Assembly: GCF_000179635.2 (NCBI RefSeq)
Contig: NC_014833.1
Coordinates: 2,700,001-2,732,000, forward strand
Source of the DNA: Ruminococcus albus 7 = DSM 20455
Lineage (GTDB): Bacteria; Bacillota; Clostridia; Oscillospirales; Ruminococcaceae
DNA length: 32,000 bases
Direction of reading: 5' to 3'
Shown: positions 1 to 8,625 of the stretch, piece after piece
How positions within the stretch are numbered: the stretch's first letter is position 1
Layout of the letters: each line of letters starts with the position of its first letter
Notes under the pieces: generated by a model
The model's input: the letters and a program-made list of their open reading frames with translations, nothing else
Databases searched by the model: none
Told to the model about the DNA's origin: nothing
Made by a program: the position numbers and the translations under genes

Positions 1-1181
1 TCTGCGATACCACCATAGAGCATTGGGAATACAGCAGCAAGCACAAGACCGATGCCGACACCGAGAACGATGATCATCAAAGGTTCCATCAGTCCTACCA
101 GTCGAGTTACAGCGGAATCGGCTTCTTCTTCGTAGAAGTCCGCAGTCTTTTCAAGAATATCATCCAGCGCACCGGACTCTTCACCAACGTAGATGATCGA
201 GCAGAACATACCTTCAAATATCTCTGTCTTTGAAAGAGCAGTAGATACAGGAGAACCCTGCTTTACTTCGTCTACGACCTGAACGAACATCTTATCGATG
301 TAAGTATTGTTAAGTATCCTCGAAGATCTCTCAAGGCAGTCTACCATCGGTATACCGCTGGAGTAAAGAGAAGAAAGAGTTCTCGAGAAACGACCTTCTG
401 CTATCTTTACCATAAGAGGTCCGATAAGCGGCATTTTCAACTTTGCCTGATCGAATTTCAGCCTTACCGATTCGACCTTCAGTGCATACACGATAACGCC
501 GATCACTACAACAACACCTATCAGAAGAGCATACCACTTATTGATGACGAAGTCACTGAATCCGAACAGTGCTTTCTGGAGCACGTTCATCTTTTCTTCA
601 GGCATCATACTCCTGAATATAGGCAGGATCTTTACGCTCATCAGTATAACAACCGCGATGACCAGTACAAGCAGTACGCAAGGATAGATCATTGCACCCT
701 TGACCTTATTGTTCAGCTTGTTTGTGTTTGCATAATACTCCTGAAGCCTTTTCATGGTGATATCAAGCGAACCTGATATCTCGCCTGCGTCTACCATAGA
801 TATGAAGAAATCAGGGAAACAGCCTCGCTTAGCATCCAGCGCACCCGAAAAGCTTTCGCCCTTCTGAACTTCCTCATAAACCTGTTTCCAGACTTCCTTT
901 GCGCCCTTGTTTTCTTCCTCTTTATAAAGGATATCGAGCGCCTTGACAATCGTCAGTCCCGACGACATCATTGCCGACAGCTGTCGGCAGCAATACGCCA
1001 GTTCAGCCGTGTTGAATCTGTGAGCAGTTTTCCTTCCTCCGCCCAGAGCTTCACTATAGCTTACACAGAACAGACCCTGCTCATAGATCTTTTCAAGCAG
1101 TTCCTGCTCGCTGTCAGCCTCGTAGGTACCTTTAATGGTCTTACCCGTGGTATCCTTAGCGACGTAGCTATAATTTTTCAT
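1..1181 (-). CDS. pilC: Type II secretion / type IV pilus platform protein, GspF/PilC family (3' end runs off the window)
   Basis: Absent from the ORF track because it is open to the window edge. My reverse-strand translation from ATG 1181-1179 reads MKNYSYVAKDTTGKTIKGTYEADSEQELLEKIYEQGLFCVSY...LSAMMSSGLTIVKALDIL...FSGALDAKRGCFPDFFISMVDAGEISGSLD...(TM)...second repeat...YVGEESGALDDILEKTADFYEEE...LMEPLMIIVLGVGIGLVLAAVFPMLYG. This is the duplicated T2SS-F domain pattern. GGAGG SD at 1198-1194. Confidence 0.85.
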   Translation of the reverse strand, partial: MKNYSYVAKDTTGKTIKGTYEADSEQELLEKIYEQGLFCVSYSEALGGGRKTAHRFNTAELAYCCRQLSAMMSSGLTIVKALDILYKEEENKGAKEVWKQVYEEVQKGESFSGALDAKRGCFPDFFISMVDAGEISGSLDITMKRLQEYYANTNKLNNKVKGAMIYPCVLLVLVIAVVILMSVKILPIFRSMMPEEKMNVLQKALFGFSDFVINKWYALLIGVVVVIGVIVYALKVESVRLKFDQAKLKMPLIGPLMVKIAEGRFSRTLSSLYSSGIPMVDCLERSSRILNNTYIDKMFVQVVDEVKQGSPVSTALSKTEIFEGMFCSIIYVGEESGALDDILEKTADFYEEEADSAVTRLVGLMEPLMIIVLGVGIGLVLAAVFPMLYGGIA

Positions 1182-1288
1182 ATTGTAGATACACCTCCAC
1201 CATTTTAATGCTTCACAGCTCATGCCGTCTGACTCAGCAGTGCATTAAAAACACAACAAGGCATAAAACCACAAAACATATTTTTATC

Positions 1289-1317
1289 ATTATATCATTT
1301 TTTTGATTTTTTTACAA
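1289..1317 (-). promoter_or_regulatory. Sigma-A promoter for the pilC-family gene
   Basis: Reverse strand reads TTGTAA-17 nt-TATAAT with TGa extended -10. -35 at 1317-1312, -10 at 1294-1289. Confidence 0.5.
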
Positions 1318-1481
1318 GTCAAAATACCGATTTTTTTGCAATTTTATTCACAAAATAATAATGATATTTTTAGTCAACTCTCACTAAAAAGATGCATTAT
1401 TTAACCTTTTAACAAATTCTCAAACTATGCAGAGAATTTTTTTGTACTCATTTGTTCCGATACATTACAGGGAGCATATCA

Positions 1482-2090
1482 TCAGCTTTCATCATCTGTA
1501 ATATCCGCATCATCGCTGACGGTCTGCATCATTCTGCGGCTGCCGGATGCAAGGAGAACAGGGTGTTTTTTCACATAGAGCTTGTATGACATTACATAAG
1601 CCGCAAATGCCGTTCCCAGCATGACCAGTATCGAACCCATGACACCCACAAGGTAGTTGTCATCCAGCATCTTTATCACCCATCCCGCAGGGTAATAGAG
1701 TACCTTATAAAAGATATCCCCTTTGCCCTCGGCATTGAAAGAGTCCCGAAATATTGCAGGAATAAAGTATAGCATACCAACAAGTATCAGAACACCAAGT
1801 ATAGTTGCAAGGCTCCATTCCTCATAGGCTGTATGCTTCCTTCCATCATCAAAAAACACCCATACAAGAAACAGACATATCATAAGTGTACCTATTGCCG
1901 ACTTGACATCAGGCTGTGTAAGAAAGTTCTTGACACCTATCATAGAATAAGGTAGGAAAGTCGCAAGTGCCGGAAAGAGTACAGATCCGGCAAACGCTCC
2001 GAACACCACAAGTGCCAGCAGCAGACCCAGTCTTGCGGCAGTGTATACCACCACAAATCTCAGCCAATCAAAATTTTCGCTGCCCATCAT
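1482..2090 (-). CDS. Integral membrane protein of unknown function (about 5 hydrophobic helices, acidic C-terminal tail)
   Basis: ORF 1482..2129 trimmed to the ATGATG at 2090/2087 because AAGGAGG (2100-2094) lies immediately upstream. Hydrophobic segments such as LGLLLALVVFGAFAGSVLF and ILGVLILVGMLYFIPAIF. No family recognised. Confidence 0.65.
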   Translation of the reverse strand: MMGSENFDWLRFVVVYTAARLGLLLALVVFGAFAGSVLFPALATFLPYSMIGVKNFLTQPDVKSAIGTLMICLFLVWVFFDDGRKHTAYEEWSLATILGVLILVGMLYFIPAIFRDSFNAEGKGDIFYKVLYYPAGWVIKMLDDNYLVGVMGSILVMLGTAFAAYVMSYKLYVKKHPVLLASGSRRMMQTVSDDADITDDES

Positions 2091-2165
2091 GCCCCTCCTT
2101 CTGTAAAGTAGAATTTCTTGATAGATCACATTATTATCACATTTCTTTATGTAAAATATACAAAA

Positions 2166-4202
2166 TCAGTCATTTGCAGTTTCCTGCTCAAAAAGCCTTT
2201 CCACCAGTTCCCTCAGACCTCTGTTTTCACCTTTGTCAAGGTGAGTATCTTTACAGAGTATCTGCTTGGCAGTTTCCTGTGCCCTGACCAGTACATCCAT
2301 GTCCTGTGACATATCAGCGATCTTCATCTTCGGCAGACCATGCTGTCTGCTGCCGAAGAAATCACCGGGACCGCGTAGCTTCAGATCCTGCTGTGATATC
2401 TCAAATCCGTCATGGCAGGAGGACAGTATTTTAAGCCTCTGTACGACTTCCTCGGTTGGATTGTCGGTTATCAGTATGCATACCGATTTGTGTTCTCCTC
2501 TGCCAACGCGCCCTCTCAGCTGGTGAAGCTGTGAAAGTCCGAATCTGTCAGAATTCTCTATCACCATCACTGCAGCATTAGGTACGTCAACACCAACCTC
2601 TACTACAGTTGTGGAAACGAGTATGTCAAGTTCATGAGCTTTAAATTTCTTCATGACCTTTTCTTTGCTTTCGGCTGACAGTCTGCCATGAAGAAGTCCC
2701 ACACGGTATCCGCTGAAAGCACCCTCTGATATCTCCTTGGCGTAGCTTTTAACGTCACGAAGATCACTATCGCTTTCCTCGATCATCGGGCAGACGATAT
2801 ACGCCTGTCTTCCCTCTTCAAGATACTGTTTAACATACCCGAAAGCGCGTTCCCTCAGTTTCCCGGTAACAGCGTAGGTCTCCACCGGCTGTCTGCCTTT
2901 AGGCAGTTCTTTCAGTACCGAGATGTCAAGGTCTCCGTAGATCATAAGTGCCAGAGTACGCGGTATAGGCGTTGCAGACATTACCAGCTTATGGGGATGA
3001 TCTCCCTTGCCTGCCAGCATAGCCCTCTGTTCAACACCGAAACGGTGCTGTTCATCAGTTATGACAAGTCCAAGCCGTTTGAATTCAGTGCTTGCCTGAA
3101 CAAGCGCATGGGTACCTACAATAACATTATATTCACCCGCCGCGATTTCTGCCTTGATCTTTTCCTTTTTTTTCGGTGTAAGTGAACCCGTCAAGAGTAC
3201 CACCTTGACACCAAGCGGTTCAAGGAAAGCTTTCAGCGTATCATAATGCTGACCTGCCAGTATCTCCGTAGGAGCCATAAGTGCCGTCTGACAGCCGTTT
3301 TTATAGGCGAAGTATGCAGCACCTGCCGCGACTGCCGTTTTACCGGATCCCACATCACCCTGAATCAGACGGTTCATGGGAAAAGGCTTGCGCATATCTT
3401 CAATGCAGTCATTTATAGCACTTTTCTGTCCTGCGGTCAGTTCAAAAGGCAGTGCCGAGAAGTACTCATCCACACTCTCATCATTCATCTGACAGCCTGT
3501 ATTATCACGGCTTCGGTTCTTCATCATCAGCATACCAAGTGCCAGTGTAAGCAGTTCATCAAAGACCAGCCTGCTTTTTGCCAGCTCCAGCGTGTGCATA
3601 TCAGTAGGGTAATGGACGTTCTGCAAAGCATAGCTCAACGAACATAGTCCCTGCTCACGCACCACATCATTCGGCAGCGGTTCATAGATAGAGCCATCCA
3701 GCGCACCAAGCGCGGTGTGAACATTCTGCCTCAGCTGCTTCTGTGTCAGCCCCTCGGTCAGACGATAGACGGGCTGAACTGGATCGGTACCTGCAACGGG
3801 GTATATCTGCGGCGAGTTGATCTCACGCCTTAACATATTGCCCGTCAGCTTGCCGACAAGGTAATACTCATGCCCGACTTCCAGCGCCTTGAACATGAAA
3901 CCTGCATTGTAGATGACTATGGTGATATCGGCGGTATCATCGGTGACTATGGCTTTGTATACCGTAAGCCCGCGCCTGATATTTCCCTCGGGGAGCTTGC
4001 GCACCACCCTGCCTTTCAGCACCACCTGTTCATTCAGTGGCGCATCACGGACAGCCTGCGGCTCATTGAGGTCGATATAGTATCTCGGGAAATGGTACAG
4101 AAGATCATAGACCGTTTTCACACCCAGTTTTTCGTAAAGCTCGCTTTTTTTCGGGCCTACCCCCGATAGGTACATCACGGGCTTTGCCAGTTCACTGAGC
4201 AT
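2166..4202 (-). CDS. recG: ATP-dependent DNA helicase RecG
   Basis: 678 aa. N-terminal wedge/OB region, Walker A GDVGSGKT, DEQH box, TPIPRTL, QLHQLRGRVGRG motif VI and the C-terminal TRG-like region are all typical of RecG. Confidence 0.95.
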   Translation of the reverse strand: MLSELAKPVMYLSGVGPKKSELYEKLGVKTVYDLLYHFPRYYIDLNEPQAVRDAPLNEQVVLKGRVVRKLPEGNIRRGLTVYKAIVTDDTADITIVIYNAGFMFKALEVGHEYYLVGKLTGNMLRREINSPQIYPVAGTDPVQPVYRLTEGLTQKQLRQNVHTALGALDGSIYEPLPNDVVREQGLCSLSYALQNVHYPTDMHTLELAKSRLVFDELLTLALGMLMMKNRSRDNTGCQMNDESVDEYFSALPFELTAGQKSAINDCIEDMRKPFPMNRLIQGDVGSGKTAVAAGAAYFAYKNGCQTALMAPTEILAGQHYDTLKAFLEPLGVKVVLLTGSLTPKKKEKIKAEIAAGEYNVIVGTHALVQASTEFKRLGLVITDEQHRFGVEQRAMLAGKGDHPHKLVMSATPIPRTLALMIYGDLDISVLKELPKGRQPVETYAVTGKLRERAFGYVKQYLEEGRQAYIVCPMIEESDSDLRDVKSYAKEISEGAFSGYRVGLLHGRLSAESKEKVMKKFKAHELDILVSTTVVEVGVDVPNAAVMVIENSDRFGLSQLHQLRGRVGRGEHKSVCILITDNPTEEVVQRLKILSSCHDGFEISQQDLKLRGPGDFFGSRQHGLPKMKIADMSQDMDVLVRAQETAKQILCKDTHLDKGENRGLRELVERLFEQETAND

Positions 4203-4236
4203 ATAATTTCACCGCCTTAACACATCTTCCTACCCT

Positions 4237-4265
4237 AGTATAACACATTCCCCTAAAAATTGCAA
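4237..4265 (-). promoter_or_regulatory. Sigma-A promoter for recG
   Basis: Reverse strand reads TTGCAA-17 nt-TATACT with TGt extended -10. -35 at 4265-4260, -10 at 4242-4237. Confidence 0.55.
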
Positions 4266-4312
4266 TACCATGCTGATATAATTTTGTAAAATGTCACCAA
4301 ACCGTAATATTC

Positions 4313-4387
4313 TTAAAAAAAAGAAAACAGCTTTTGTTTTTTCTCAGGAACTAATATTTCCCGGGAAAAGACCGAAAAGCTGTTTTC
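4313..4387 (-). terminator. Intrinsic terminator after the RHH gene, with a 13-bp stem and an unusually large loop
   Basis: Perfect arms gaaaacagctttt (4323-4335) and aaaagctgttttc (4375-4387), with a 39-nt loop containing the palindrome TTTCCCGGGAAA (4357-4368). A T8 run follows on the minus strand (4322-4315). The right arm overlaps the TGA stop. Confidence 0.5.
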
Positions 4388-4577
4388 AATCGTTTTCTGT
4401 TTTTTCGTTGTTTTCGCCCTTATCGAGATTCTCCAGTGCGAAATTCAGGCACTGTATCACCAGCTGATTGAGCGACAGGTTGTTTTCGTAGGCTAGTTTG
4501 TCGAGTTCGTTGACCTGCTCAACAGGCAAGCGGAAAGTCTTTGTCACATACTCATGTCCCTTTTGTATCTTCCACAT
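4386..4577 (-). CDS. Small ribbon-helix-helix (CopG/Arc/MetJ-like) DNA-binding protein
   Basis: ORF 4386..4589 begins at GTG. ATG at 4577 has AGAGGTGG 8 nt upstream, giving 63 aa. KTFRLPVEQVNELDKLAYENNLSLNQLVIQCLNFALENL fits a beta-strand/helix/helix RHH pattern. Acidic tail. Confidence 0.55.
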   Translation of the reverse strand: MWKIQKGHEYVTKTFRLPVEQVNELDKLAYENNLSLNQLVIQCLNFALENLDKGENNEKTEND

Positions 4578-4663
4578 AATAGCAACCACCTCTTATACTA
4601 TTATGCACTATATTTTGTTTAATGTATACAAGTATTTTACAATATATTTAGCTTGCATAACGA

Positions 4664-4692
4664 TTGTATTTTTTCTTTTGTTATGATATAAT
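4664..4692 (+). promoter_or_regulatory. Sigma-A promoter for the orphan lipoprotein gene
   Basis: TTGTAT (4664-4669)-17 nt-TATAAT (4687-4692), preceded by TGa. Confidence 0.55.
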
Positions 4693-4708
4693 TTATACAA
4701 ATCAAGAG

Positions 4709-4729
4709 CAAATTAACCGTCAAATTAAC
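4709..4729 (+). repeat. Tandem direct repeat CAAATTAAC-cgt-CAAATTAAC in the lipoprotein leader (candidate operator)
   Basis: Identical 9-mers at 4709-4717 and 4721-4729 (12-nt period), between the -10 box and the SD of the lipoprotein gene. Confidence 0.4.
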
Positions 4730-4757
4730 AACATAATATAAAATAAGGAGTGATAAT

Positions 4758-6095
4758 ATGAAAACAACTAAAATAATATCCACTATGTGTGCGTTTTTGA
4801 TCGCATTGGCTATGTCGGCTTGTGGGGAAACATCACAAAGTAGCACCGAAAGCAAAGCAGAAGCCGAAACAACAACTACAACCGCCCCAGCCACTGAAAC
4901 AGAAACCACCACAACCACTACAGCCCTCAGTGATGAACAAAAAAATGAAGAAAGAACTACTACCAAAAAAGAAATAGCAAAACCAGTACTCAAAACTGGA
5001 TTTAATGAAGCCACAAATATAGTAGTTAAAAATGGCGGTTTGATATACAATATCCCAAGCTATTATCAAAAAAAATCTACAGATGAGAATGGAATAACTT
5101 ATACTTATGAAGAATCTGATGGTTCAGAGGTTGGGATTTATTTTTCATATTTTCCATATGATGAGAACTATAAATTCAATGAAGAATATGCTCAAATTAT
5201 ATTTGACAGCGTAAAGGAAAAAATTAAATTGGACGATGATTTTTCCAGTACCAAAATCGAACAATTCTCATTTTTAGGTAGAACAACATATGGAATCTTA
5301 TACACAAATATAGACCTCGAAAATAATTATAGTGCTCGAGCATATATGTTTCTCATTCATAACAAAGAAGCATACACACTTAATTATATTCTATCAACAT
5401 CGGTATTATTTGACGACGGAAAATTCGACTATGATTATTCAGCAGATACTAACAGTATACTCAATTCCATCGAAGAAGATAAAGACTATGTATACGAGAA
5501 ACCTACCGACGATAAAAAAGACGAAACTTCAAAGTCTGACGAAAGCAAGAATACCTACGAACATAACTCATATTATGATATCGTTGAAAGTGCCAGCTGG
5601 ACAGATATTATCGGAAGCACACATATCGTACATAAAGTTAAGGCAAAACAAGACGTTTCAATTTCTGCTTCAATATTAGCATATTCAGAAAGCGGAAGCG
5701 TAATTGGTAAAAGCTCCAGTGATATAGTATTAACTAAAGGGCAGACAAATTACTTTGAATACTATTTTGACGAAGATGTATCAAATGCTCAGCTTAAACC
5801 TTCTTTCAAAGCTAAAGAAGATTCTTTCATGGTCGGTGAACGTAACGGCGTTGAACTTATAGAATATAGCATAACAGATGAAAACCTTTATTTAACGCTA
5901 AAGCAAAATGTTGATGACCTTGGTTTATCGAAGTATAAGATTCTCCTTTATAACGGAGACCAAATCGTCGGAACAAAAGAAGGATTTTATTCAATTTCTG
6001 CTGAAAACCTAGATGGAAAAGGCTCAACAGACGTTGCAGAAATCTGGACTTACGGGACTGCATATGACCGAATAGAATTCATTTACGAACCATAA
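4758..6095 (+). CDS. Orphan lipoprotein, function unknown (signal peptide, Thr-rich linker, two unassigned domains)
   Basis: AGGAG SD at 4747-4751. N-terminus MKTTKIISTMCAFLIALAMSAC has a lipobox-like MSAC. Linker ETTTTTAPATETETTTTTT. The remainder matches no family I recognise. Markedly AT-rich relative to its flanks. Confidence 0.8.
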   Translation: MKTTKIISTMCAFLIALAMSACGETSQSSTESKAEAETTTTTAPATETETTTTTTALSDEQKNEERTTTKKEIAKPVLKTGFNEATNIVVKNGGLIYNIPSYYQKKSTDENGITYTYEESDGSEVGIYFSYFPYDENYKFNEEYAQIIFDSVKEKIKLDDDFSSTKIEQFSFLGRTTYGILYTNIDLENNYSARAYMFLIHNKEAYTLNYILSTSVLFDDGKFDYDYSADTNSILNSIEEDKDYVYEKPTDDKKDETSKSDESKNTYEHNSYYDIVESASWTDIIGSTHIVHKVKAKQDVSISASILAYSESGSVIGKSSSDIVLTKGQTNYFEYYFDEDVSNAQLKPSFKAKEDSFMVGERNGVELIEYSITDENLYLTLKQNVDDLGLSKYKILLYNGDQIVGTKEGFYSISAENLDGKGSTDVAEIWTYGTAYDRIEFIYEP

Positions 6096-6100
6096 CACCC

Positions 6101-6136
6101 AAAAAGACCGCCCCACTCGGGACGGTCTTTATTATT
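6101..6136. terminator. Bidirectional intrinsic terminator between the convergent lipoprotein and cbp genes
   Basis: Stem aaagaccg-c-ccc / ggg-a-cggtcttt (6103-6130) with a 4-nt loop. It is flanked by an A5 run (T-run for the minus strand) and by tttattatt on the plus strand. Confidence 0.75.
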
Positions 6137-6150
6137 GCCTTATTGAATTA

Positions 6151-8565
6151 TCAGCCCATAACTACGGTGATGTTGGTCTGCTCGGTCATCTTGCACTCGC
6201 ATACGAAATCGCCCTCAACAGCCTCGCCGTTGACGGTTATCTGCTTGATACCGCTCTCAACGTGGTTCGGGTTCTGTATGTCGATAGACAGATGCTTGCC
6301 GCGGAAGTTCTTCTCGATCTTGAAGCCGTCCCACTCAGCAGGGATAGAGGGGCTTATGACCAGACCCTCAGCGTTGGGGCGCATACCGCAGATACCCTCA
6401 ACACAGCCTACCATAACTGTCGAACCTGTACCTGTCAGCCAGTGAACGTGGCTTCTGCCTGCGTAAGGTGAACGTGTTGACTCGGTGAACTGACCGTGTA
6501 CGTACGGCTCCATAACTCTCTGCTCAGCCTTGTCGTTCATGCTTGCAGGTGCACTCTCCATGAAGTACTCGAAAGCTCTGTTTCCGTGACCCATAAGTGA
6601 TTCTGCCAGGATTATCCAGCCCTGTGTCTGGCTGAATATACCGCCGTTCTCCTTGGTGTCGGGGTTGAATATGTGCATCAGCGCACCGTCGAAGTAGTGA
6701 TCTACATAAGGAGGATCCATTATCTTTACGCCGTAAGGTGTGTTCAGTATCTCGTGTACCTTTTCAAGGGACTTTTCAGCCTGCTCCTTGGAAGCAAAGC
6801 CGGAGATAACTGCCCAGCTCTGGGGGTTCAGCCACATTGAAGCCTCAGGATCCTTCTTGGCACCGACAACTACGCCGTTATCGCGGATACCTCTGATGAA
6901 TCTGTCCTCATCCCAGCAGTCAGCCAGTGCTTTGCCCAGCTCAGCCTGTGCCTTGGTGATGTACTCGATATAATCGGTATCCTTTCTCTCCTCAGCATAG
7001 CCCTTGATAACGCTCATAGCGTAGTACAGCTGGAATGCAACGAAAGTAGATTCGCCCTGCTTGCCCATTCTCAGGCAGTCATTCCAGTCAGCGTGAAGAC
7101 CTGCAGGCATCTTGTGTGCGCCAAGTCTTTCCTGTGAGAAGCGTATAGCGTTCTTGAGGTGCTCGTAAACGGTAGCCTCTCCGCCGCCCTCTTCTGCATA
7201 AACGATAACTTCATCCAGGAATGCCTTGTTGCCTGTTTCACCGATATACTTAACGATAGTCGGGAACAGCCAGAGAGCATCGTCTGCTCTGTAAGATGGA
7301 TGACCTGTTTCCTTAGCGTATACGCTGTTCTCGTCGTTCTCATCGGGGCAAGTTTCGTGACCTGCATTGTGGTCGAACTTAACGAGAGGCAGACCGCCGC
7401 CGTTTGATACCTGTGCCGAAAGCATGAATCTTATCTTCTCAGCAGCAAGCTCGGGATTGATGTGGATAATACCCTGTATATCCTGAACGGTATCTCTGTA
7501 ACCGTAGCCGTTTCTCAGACCGCAGTAAATGAACGAAGCAGCTCTTGACCAGATGAATGTGATGAAGCACTGGTAAGCGTTCCAAACATCGACCATGTTG
7601 TTGAATTCCTCGGAAGGAGTTTCAACCTGGAAGTTGTTCAGCTGACCGTGCCAGTAATCAACAAGTTCCTTTACCTCAGCATCTACCTTGCCTGCAGCCT
7701 TGTACTCAGACATGATATTCTCTGCGGTAATGGGATCCTTCTGACCGAGGATGAATATAAGCTCCTTAGTCTCACCTGCTGCCAGTGTGAAATCAGACTG
7801 GAGCGCACCGCAGGCATTGGAGTTGTAGTTGAGCACGTTATCGCACTTGCCGCTCTCAACAGCGATGGGGTTGCCGTAATCTCTGTAAGCGCCGATAAAG
7901 CTGTCGAGATTGCCGTTGTAAGCACTTACGTCAGCGCCCACCAGACCGAAGAATCTCTCTCTGTGGTTGGAGCCGTTAGCGTCCTTGCCGCTGTTCTCGT
8001 TTATGTGCTGTACTATCTTATTGCCCTCAAAGGAGGTACGTGTGATGAACAGGGTGTACTGGAGATTTACCTGATCCTGCTCGTAGTTGTTCTCGTTGGT
8101 GAACTCGATAAAGCCCCATGTGGAAAGATTCCTTGCCTTATCGCTCTCGTTTGTTACCTTTACTCTCCATACCTCATAGGTCTTGTTCAGGGGCACATAG
8201 TAAGTCAGCTCGCTCTTGATGCCGCTGTACTGTGAGGTTATGGTGGTGTAAGCTGTACCGTGACGGCACTCGGTCTTGTACTCGTCAAGGCTCTTGCCTA
8301 CAGGCTGCCATGTTGCAGACCAGTAGTCCTTTGCATCGTTATCCCTGATATATACATATCTGCCGGGGAGACCGATGTTAGAGTTGAAGCGGTATCTTGC
8401 TATTCTTCCGTTAGCGCCGCTCTTTACAAAGCTGTATCCACCGCCGTTGTTTGAAACGATAGCGCCGTACTCAGGTGAACCGAGGTAGTTTGCCCAGGGT
8501 GCGGGGGTATCGGGTCTGGTGATGACATATTCCTTGTTTTTCAGATCAAAATATCCATACTGCAT
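6151..8565 (-). CDS. cbp: GH94 cellobiose phosphorylase (cellobiose/chitobiose phosphorylase family)
   Basis: About 804 aa. N-terminus MQYGYFDLKNKEYVITRPDTPAPWANYLG is the hallmark start of GH94 disaccharide phosphorylases. The size fits cellobiose rather than cellodextrin phosphorylase. Start moved from 8571 to the second ATG (8565) because AAGGAG (8580-8575) is only 3 nt from the first ATG and 9 nt from the second. Confidence 0.88.
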   Translation of the reverse strand: MQYGYFDLKNKEYVITRPDTPAPWANYLGSPEYGAIVSNNGGGYSFVKSGANGRIARYRFNSNIGLPGRYVYIRDNDAKDYWSATWQPVGKSLDEYKTECRHGTAYTTITSQYSGIKSELTYYVPLNKTYEVWRVKVTNESDKARNLSTWGFIEFTNENNYEQDQVNLQYTLFITRTSFEGNKIVQHINENSGKDANGSNHRERFFGLVGADVSAYNGNLDSFIGAYRDYGNPIAVESGKCDNVLNYNSNACGALQSDFTLAAGETKELIFILGQKDPITAENIMSEYKAAGKVDAEVKELVDYWHGQLNNFQVETPSEEFNNMVDVWNAYQCFITFIWSRAASFIYCGLRNGYGYRDTVQDIQGIIHINPELAAEKIRFMLSAQVSNGGGLPLVKFDHNAGHETCPDENDENSVYAKETGHPSYRADDALWLFPTIVKYIGETGNKAFLDEVIVYAEEGGGEATVYEHLKNAIRFSQERLGAHKMPAGLHADWNDCLRMGKQGESTFVAFQLYYAMSVIKGYAEERKDTDYIEYITKAQAELGKALADCWDEDRFIRGIRDNGVVVGAKKDPEASMWLNPQSWAVISGFASKEQAEKSLEKVHEILNTPYGVKIMDPPYVDHYFDGALMHIFNPDTKENGGIFSQTQGWIILAESLMGHGNRAFEYFMESAPASMNDKAEQRVMEPYVHGQFTESTRSPYAGRSHVHWLTGTGSTVMVGCVEGICGMRPNAEGLVISPSIPAEWDGFKIEKNFRGKHLSIDIQNPNHVESGIKQITVNGEAVEGDFVCECKMTEQTNITVVMG

Positions 8566-8605
8566 AGTCATTCTCTCCTTTAAGTTATTTTCATATCAAT
8601 TCCCG

Positions 8606-8619
8606 AACGCTTATGCGTT
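8606..8619. promoter_or_regulatory. Palindrome AACGC-TTAT-GCGTT over the predicted cbp transcription start (candidate operator)
   Basis: Perfect 5+5 inverted repeat at 8606-8619, starting 7 nt downstream of the cbp -10 box. Confidence 0.4.
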
Positions 8620-8625
8620 ACCGTT

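Noticed and set aside
1203-1250. A 9-bp inverted repeat (ttttaatgc / gcattaaaa) in the pilC-gene leader, considered as a possible riboswitch such as c-di-GMP.
   Set aside because: The stem is A/U-rich and weak and the loop is 30 nt. It does not occlude the SD (1198-1194). I see none of the conserved GEMM-type motifs.
1414-1443. A hairpin aaattctc / gagaattt followed by T7 on the plus strand.
   Set aside because: It is oriented as a plus-strand terminator, but there is no plus-strand gene upstream. On the minus strand, where the membrane-protein gene ends at 1482, no U-tract follows. The stem is also weak and AT-rich.
4386-4577. The RHH protein as the antitoxin of a toxin-antitoxin pair.
   Set aside because: No toxin-sized ORF is co-transcribed. 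The gene is followed directly by a terminator (4313-4387) and preceded by the divergent lipoprotein promoter region.
4866-4925. An ACA/ACC/ACT-rich quasi-repeat tract.
   Set aside because: It is in frame within the lipoprotein gene and encodes the Thr-rich linker. It is not a noncoding tandem repeat or a CRISPR-like array.
4637-5069. Minus-strand ORFs of 137 and 78 aa overlapping the 5' end of the lipoprotein gene.
   Set aside because: They are the antisense reading of the Thr-rich ACN codon tract, giving poly-Val/Gly/Cys. They have no SD, and the plus-strand gene has a clear promoter, SD and signal peptide.
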